From assembly GCA_902775975.1 (NCBI GenBank), contig CACYOC010000014.1, positions 14,105-78,104 on the forward strand: DNA of 64,000 bases. Reading direction: 5' to 3'. The translations under genes were made by a program, and so were the position numbers. Source of the DNA: an uncultured Bacteroidales bacterium. GTDB lineage: Bacteria > Bacteroidota > Bacteroidia > Bacteroidales > Bacteroidaceae. The notes under the pieces were generated by a model. The model made no database searches and was not told where the DNA came from. It saw nothing but the letters and a program-made list of their open reading frames with translations. Shown in pieces: positions 59,145 through 64,000 of the stretch; position 1 is the stretch's first letter; every line of letters begins with the position of its first letter.

Positions 59145-61235
59145 ATGAAAAAGTATTTTCTAACATTGGTGGCAAGTTTCATGACTGTCATTGCGTTCGC
59201 ACAGCTTAAGCAACCGCAGGTTGTATCAGAGATTTTAACGGGTGTGAAGCCTGCCATGCAGCACACCGTTAATCCGATGAAGTTCACAGGCAAGATTCAG
59301 GCCCCGGTCAAGAAGCAGACAACAAGAAGGGCTGTTTCACGCCGTGTTTCTGCTGCCGACCTGGAGGGTGAGTACATTGCATGTACTTATCAGTATGTTA
59401 CTGAGAAGAATGAGTCGACTGGTGCGTATGAGTTGGTACCCAGTACCATCAGCCGTAAGGGTATTACAGCCCGTATTGAGGCTACCGGCGAGAACACCAT
59501 TGCCATCTACGGCATCAACACTAACGCTCTGGCTTCTGAGACGAAGATTGACGCTACGGTCAATGACGATGGTTCTATCACGATAGCAGCTGGACAGACC
59601 CTCTGGAGTCATGACACCTATGGTAACTTCATCATGGGAAACTGTTCTGGTGAAAATATCACGGATGCCTTCACGGGAACAGCGTACGATGACGGCTCCA
59701 TCGGAATAGACCAGCTCTGGGCTGAGTTCTACGGCACTGGCGATGAGCAATCTATCAACGGATCCATTTGCCGAACTTTCCTGGCTCCCGTCAATGGCAC
59801 GATGTCATACGAGACAGACGAGATTAATGAGACAACTGGAGAAGAAACTGGAGCGCGTGTTGAGATATCTCAAAACTGTTTTATCTCGCAGAGCGAAGAT
59901 GCTAAGACCGTTACCGTGTGGAACTTCCATAACTTCACTCTTGGTGAGGTCGTTGATATTGCTATTGAACCAGACAAGACTTTTTCAATCGCTGGTGGCG
60001 AGCAGATGGTATATTACCACTCCAAATATGGATATTTCCCCTTGTGGGGTTTAAATGGTAATTCTCTTGATGATTTGACTGGAAAAGTGGAAGGAGCTCA
60101 GCTGAAAGCCGAAATGGGCTTGGCATACTATATCAGTGGTCTTGGAGGTTTTCCCTTTCCCAATGACATCTTTACGATCGACCTCACTGACGGTACCGAA
60201 TTTGCTGTTCCTGAAGCAGAGACAGGTGAGCTCGTTACCTTGCCAGAAGGCCTGACAGCCACTGAATATCCTTTCAGTTACTCTCTTTATGTCGGAGATG
60301 AACGTCAAGATGTTACCTCTAAGGCAAAAGTTGCAAAGTCAGAAAACGACATCTATTTCCAAGGACTTGACGTTTACATCCCAGAAGCATGGGTAAAGGG
60401 TACATACGATGCAGAAAAAGGAACCGTGACCATCCCTGTAACCTATACAGGCGCTGATAATGGCACTCCTCATTTCTTTGCTGGATATGGTGGCGAAGAT
60501 GGTCCTAAAGAACTTGTCCTTGACTATGATGCAGATGCTGACACTTATTCATATTCAGCAACCATCATGATTTACAAGGGTTCTAAGACAACTTCATATG
60601 CATATTTCTACAACGGACTGTTCCTCGGTACTAAACCTTCTCCCGTGACTCCTCCCGCAGGTCTGCAGACGGTAGATATGCCGCTGAAGGGCAACTATTT
60701 TGACCGTGATGCAAAAGATCCTGTAGAGAAGACTGGTACCGTGAAGGTGGGCCGTGACGGTGCTGATTTGTATATTCAGAATTTGTTTGCCGACAAGGTT
60801 GAAGGCGGATGGATGAAGGGCACTTTCACCACCACCGAAAATGGTCAGTATGTTGTATTCCCCATGAACCAGTATGTTGGTGACCTGTCAAAAAATGGTT
60901 TGAGTGCATATCTCACTGGCTATTACCAGGAGAACGAGAGTGCTGAGGGTTCTGTCTCGGATGTTATCTTCTCCTACACCAACGACGGAACGTATGAATA
61001 CTACATGGCACTCAATCCCGTTATTCTTACTCGTTTCAAGAATAGCATCAAGAGTGAATCTTTCTGGCAGGCTGGAATGACCATCGGTGATGCGCCAACC
61101 GGTATCAATGCCCTTAATGCCGACAAGGTGCAGAAGAGCGACGGCGCTTGGTACACCATCGGCGGTCAGCGTGTAGCTCAGCCCACTCAGAAGGGCCTCT
61201 ACATCCACAACGGCAAAAAGATTGTGATTAAGTAA
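59145..61235 (+). CDS. T9SS-secreted surface protein with two internal repeat domains
   Basis: Signal peptide; repeated VT.P.GL...KV.....D.Y.Q.L......W.KGT module; YTIGGQRV...KGLYIHNGKK CTD. Confidence 0.82.
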   Translation: MKKYFLTLVASFMTVIAFAQLKQPQVVSEILTGVKPAMQHTVNPMKFTGKIQAPVKKQTTRRAVSRRVSAADLEGEYIACTYQYVTEKNESTGAYELVPSTISRKGITARIEATGENTIAIYGINTNALASETKIDATVNDDGSITIAAGQTLWSHDTYGNFIMGNCSGENITDAFTGTAYDDGSIGIDQLWAEFYGTGDEQSINGSICRTFLAPVNGTMSYETDEINETTGEETGARVEISQNCFISQSEDAKTVTVWNFHNFTLGEVVDIAIEPDKTFSIAGGEQMVYYHSKYGYFPLWGLNGNSLDDLTGKVEGAQLKAEMGLAYYISGLGGFPFPNDIFTIDLTDGTEFAVPEAETGELVTLPEGLTATEYPFSYSLYVGDERQDVTSKAKVAKSENDIYFQGLDVYIPEAWVKGTYDAEKGTVTIPVTYTGADNGTPHFFAGYGGEDGPKELVLDYDADADTYSYSATIMIYKGSKTTSYAYFYNGLFLGTKPSPVTPPAGLQTVDMPLKGNYFDRDAKDPVEKTGTVKVGRDGADLYIQNLFADKVEGGWMKGTFTTTENGQYVVFPMNQYVGDLSKNGLSAYLTGYYQENESAEGSVSDVIFSYTNDGTYEYYMALNPVILTRFKNSIKSESFWQAGMTIGDAPTGINALNADKVQKSDGAWYTIGGQRVAQPTQKGLYIHNGKKIVIK

Positions 61236-61258
61236 TCACACATTATCTATCTATATTC

Positions 61259-61290
61259 AAACGGGAAGACTCGCAAGAGCCTTCCCGTTT
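61259..61290 (+). terminator. Intrinsic terminator
   Basis: AAACGGGAAG...CTTCCCGTTT stem. Confidence 0.75.
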
Positions 61291-61353
61291 GCGTTGATCT
61301 CTATGCACTCCCCCTGAAAGTCTATTTTTACCCTGAAAAGTTTATTTTTATGC

Positions 61354-61434
61354 GTCACATCTGTCACATCTATCACAAACCCTCTGTACATCGGCATTTC
61401 AGCGTGATAGATGTAGTGATAGATGTGATAGATA
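61354..61434. repeat. Convergent 9-bp repeats (RTCACATCT x3 / GTGATAGAT x3) around a 26-nt spacer
   Basis: Left arm 61354-61377, right arm 61404-61434. Confidence 0.85.
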
Positions 61435-61640
61435 CCCCCGCTTTTTAACTAAAAATTAACAGTTTTTCGTGGCAATCCTATATCATTTTGCAATTCATTT
61501 TGCTCCTTTTACTCCAGGGGCCGGAGCAAAGCACTCCAATAGCAAGAGTAAATTTTTCCTCAAATGTTTGGCTGTTACGTTGGGATTTTGTAACTTTGCA
61601 CCATAAAAATGTTTGAATTTATAAATTATAACAGAATAAT

Positions 61641-62048
61641 ATGAAGAAAAGAAAAGTAATGGCTTTAGGCTTGCTATGCCTGTTGCTGCCCCTCCATGCT
61701 CAAGACGTGATGGAGATAAGCTACAAGGAGGCAGGCACTCCGGCTACTGTCCTGTCGCTGGCTGACATTGGCAAGCTGTGGTTTGCCGACGACATGCTGC
61801 AGGCCAGTAGCGCGTCGGCACCAACACAGGTGACGAAAGCTTCACTTGCCGGCATTAGCCGTATCACCTTTAAGAACTCTCAGACCGCCGTCCAGCGTCT
61901 GAATGTTTCTGCCGCCGAAGGCTATACGGTCTACGACCTGCAGGGACGTCAGGTGCTGACAGCCCGCTCCATGTCAGCCGTACAGTCGCTGCCGCGTGGC
62001 GTCTACGTCGTGAAAAGTAACAACAAAACCATCAAAATCAGTAAATAA
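61641..62048 (+). CDS. Small T9SS CTD protein
   Basis: Signal peptide ending HA-Q; VYDLQGRQV...LPRGVYVVK...TIKISK CTD. Confidence 0.8.
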   Translation: MKKRKVMALGLLCLLLPLHAQDVMEISYKEAGTPATVLSLADIGKLWFADDMLQASSASAPTQVTKASLAGISRITFKNSQTAVQRLNVSAAEGYTVYDLQGRQVLTARSMSAVQSLPRGVYVVKSNNKTIKISK

Positions 62049-62054
62049 AGACTT

Positions 62055-63254
62055 ATGAGAAAGATATACCTGACACTGGCCGCCATCGTCGTGGCCCTGG
62101 GCGCAACGGCACAGAGTGCTCCCACCAAGATGAACATCCTGCTGAAGAACAGCACGACGCCCGTCACCTACAACATCAGCGACATTGAGGAGATTACCTT
62201 CACCGCTGACGAACAGAAACCCGACGAGCCTCTGCCCGTCGACGCAAAGACCTACACCATTGCGATTCCTGCCGTTAATGACGACTTGGAGCCTGGCGTG
62301 TGGAAAGTGATGAATGGTAACGAGCAGGTGGCTGAGCTCTGCTACGAGTATGTAAGATGTGTGAATGAAGAGGAAGGATTGAATATCGACGGCCGCATGT
62401 TGGTGCTCTATCCTATGGGTACTGAAGGCTTTGCCGACCTGACCAAGGGCTATATCGTCAGCAATGGCGGTTCGCTGGTGTGGAACACGGAGACAAATTC
62501 CTGTGCCTATACTGCCGGAACAGGTACCGCCGCTCCTGCAATAGTTTACTTGGCTGACGGAAGATTCGCCACAGCTTCCGAGGCTGTGACCAAAGTGGCA
62601 ACTACCCAGGTGAAAGATCAGCTGATAGACAAGCGCGGCGACGAGACCGAGACCTACGATGTCGTGAAGGTCGGTACTCAGTACTGGATGGGTCAGAACC
62701 TGCGTACTACGATGCTGAGCGACGGTACTCCCATCACGATGTTCAAGGCCACACAGGGCTCTGCATGGAACAATACGACGGCTCCCGCCTATCATGTCTT
62801 TGGAGATGGCGAGATTCAGGATGTCAAGGAAACATGGGGCTGCATGTATAATGGCTATAGCGTCTTTGACAATCTGGCTCCCGAGAATTGGGAAGTAACG
62901 ACCTTGGCCGACTGGCAGCTGCTGAAGGATTATCTGGCAAAAGGTCAGTCAGGCAAGGTGAAGTCGAAATTCGAATGGAATGACACGCCGGGTAACGGCA
63001 ATAATCTGACAGGACTGGATATGTCGCCTGGTGGTTTGTTTATGTACAATTCTCAGGCAGATACAGACGACATGTATCAGTTTTCACGTGCCACCTACTG
63101 GACTACCGATGAGTTAGAGGACCCGTTGTTCCACACACCGGCTTTAGGTGCTGTGTATATTTATAACAGAATTATTGTATATAACACAGAGGGTAATCCG
63201 TCTGCCACTCATGGCTACAACTGGGGCCACTATGTGCGCTGCATCAGGCGATAA
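62055..63254 (+). CDS. Fibrobacter succinogenes major paralogous (FISUMP) domain protein
   Basis: YDVVKVGTQYWMGQNLR, G.MYN, LAPENW, YWT, GHYVRCIR. Confidence 0.85.
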   Translation: MRKIYLTLAAIVVALGATAQSAPTKMNILLKNSTTPVTYNISDIEEITFTADEQKPDEPLPVDAKTYTIAIPAVNDDLEPGVWKVMNGNEQVAELCYEYVRCVNEEEGLNIDGRMLVLYPMGTEGFADLTKGYIVSNGGSLVWNTETNSCAYTAGTGTAAPAIVYLADGRFATASEAVTKVATTQVKDQLIDKRGDETETYDVVKVGTQYWMGQNLRTTMLSDGTPITMFKATQGSAWNNTTAPAYHVFGDGEIQDVKETWGCMYNGYSVFDNLAPENWEVTTLADWQLLKDYLAKGQSGKVKSKFEWNDTPGNGNNLTGLDMSPGGLFMYNSQADTDDMYQFSRATYWTTDELEDPLFHTPALGAVYIYNRIIVYNTEGNPSATHGYNWGHYVRCIRR

Positions 63255-63294
63255 AGAGATGAAATAAGAAAACATTAAGAATAAAGATTGTAGT

Positions 63295-64000
63295 ATGAGA
63301 AGAACATTATTATCATTGCTTGCCTGGGCAAGCATTAGCGTGGCTTTTGCGCAGACTACTTTTGTGGTAGACGACATCACCTACACCGTCAAAGAAGGGA
63401 CGACGGAGGTGGAACTGACGAAGTTCGGCGAAGAAGCCAAGAAGATAACTGATTTGGTGATTCCTTCCTCTGTAACGTACGGTGACGTGAAGTACTCAGT
63501 GACGTCGATTGCTGACGATGAAAGTAAGTCTGAAGACCCTGTCTATGGCTATGGTAACGCTAAAACCATTAAGATTCCAGGCTCAGTAAAGCGAGTCGGT
63601 AACTATACGTTCTACAGGTGTTCGCTGACCTCTATCATGCTGGGTAACGGTGTAGAGGAGATTGGCGTCTATGCCTTCTCGGGCGGAAGTCTCGAACAGT
63701 TGGAGATTCCTGGCTCTGTGAAGGTCATCGGTGCCGATGCCTTCTTTGGCTCCTCGTCTGCTCAGAAGCTGAAGAAGCTGACGCTGCACGAAGGCCTGGA
63801 GGAGATAGGCGATGCCGCTTTCTGGGGACACGGCCTGGAGGAACTGGAGATTCCTGGTTCTGTCAAGAAGATCGGCAAGAATGCGTTTGCCTATGTTGGT
63901 AAGCTGAAGAAGCTGACGCTGAACGAGGGACTGGAGGAAATCGGCGATGGTGCATTCCAGAACGGTCTTTATACTTGGCAGAACACCAAGGATCTGACCA
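63295..64000 (+). CDS. BspA-type leucine-rich-repeat surface protein (partial, runs off window)
   Basis: MRRTLLSLLAWASISVAFAQ signal; repeated IPGSVK.IG..AF / L.EGLEEIGD.AF units. Confidence 0.88.
   Translation, partial: MRRTLLSLLAWASISVAFAQTTFVVDDITYTVKEGTTEVELTKFGEEAKKITDLVIPSSVTYGDVKYSVTSIADDESKSEDPVYGYGNAKTIKIPGSVKRVGNYTFYRCSLTSIMLGNGVEEIGVYAFSGGSLEQLEIPGSVKVIGADAFFGSSSAQKLKKLTLHEGLEEIGDAAFWGHGLEELEIPGSVKKIGKNAFAYVGKLKKLTLNEGLEEIGDGAFQNGLYTWQNTKDLT

Overview
Chromosomal window from a Bacteroidota bacterium, almost certainly Prevotellaceae. This rests on TAnnTTTG promoters, Gln-starting mature proteins, a T9SS and SusC/D. Housekeeping genes are mdh, gdhA, dgt, manC, argS, argH, pyrE, metG, recX, prmC, ribD, tRNA-Leu and tRNA-Val. 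Other loci are a porPKLMN type IX secretion operon, a TPP-riboswitch thiamine uptake operon, an orphan wzc-HAD-wza locus, a SusC/SusD-zinc-peptidase locus and at least five T9SS cargo genes. No CRISPR, rRNA, transposase or integrase is visible. Best leads: (1) a signal-peptide-bearing KduI paired with an orphan PTS-IIC (GatC-like) permease; (2) a ~95-nt sRNA candidate whose single-stranded core is antisense to ACTATGAAAAAA start regions; (3) a 47-aa MKKTYxxP peptide gene behind a mosaic T9SS cargo, next to a 23-bp-direct-repeat-bounded insert at pyrE; (4) iteron-like convergent repeat clusters at 836-1280 and 61354-61434; (5) a possible T9SS adaptor/hitch-hiker gene pair; (6) frameshifting lesions in wzc and susC; (7) 7-9-bp tandem repeats at gene junctions. 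All family calls are from motif recognition by eye; no searches were run.
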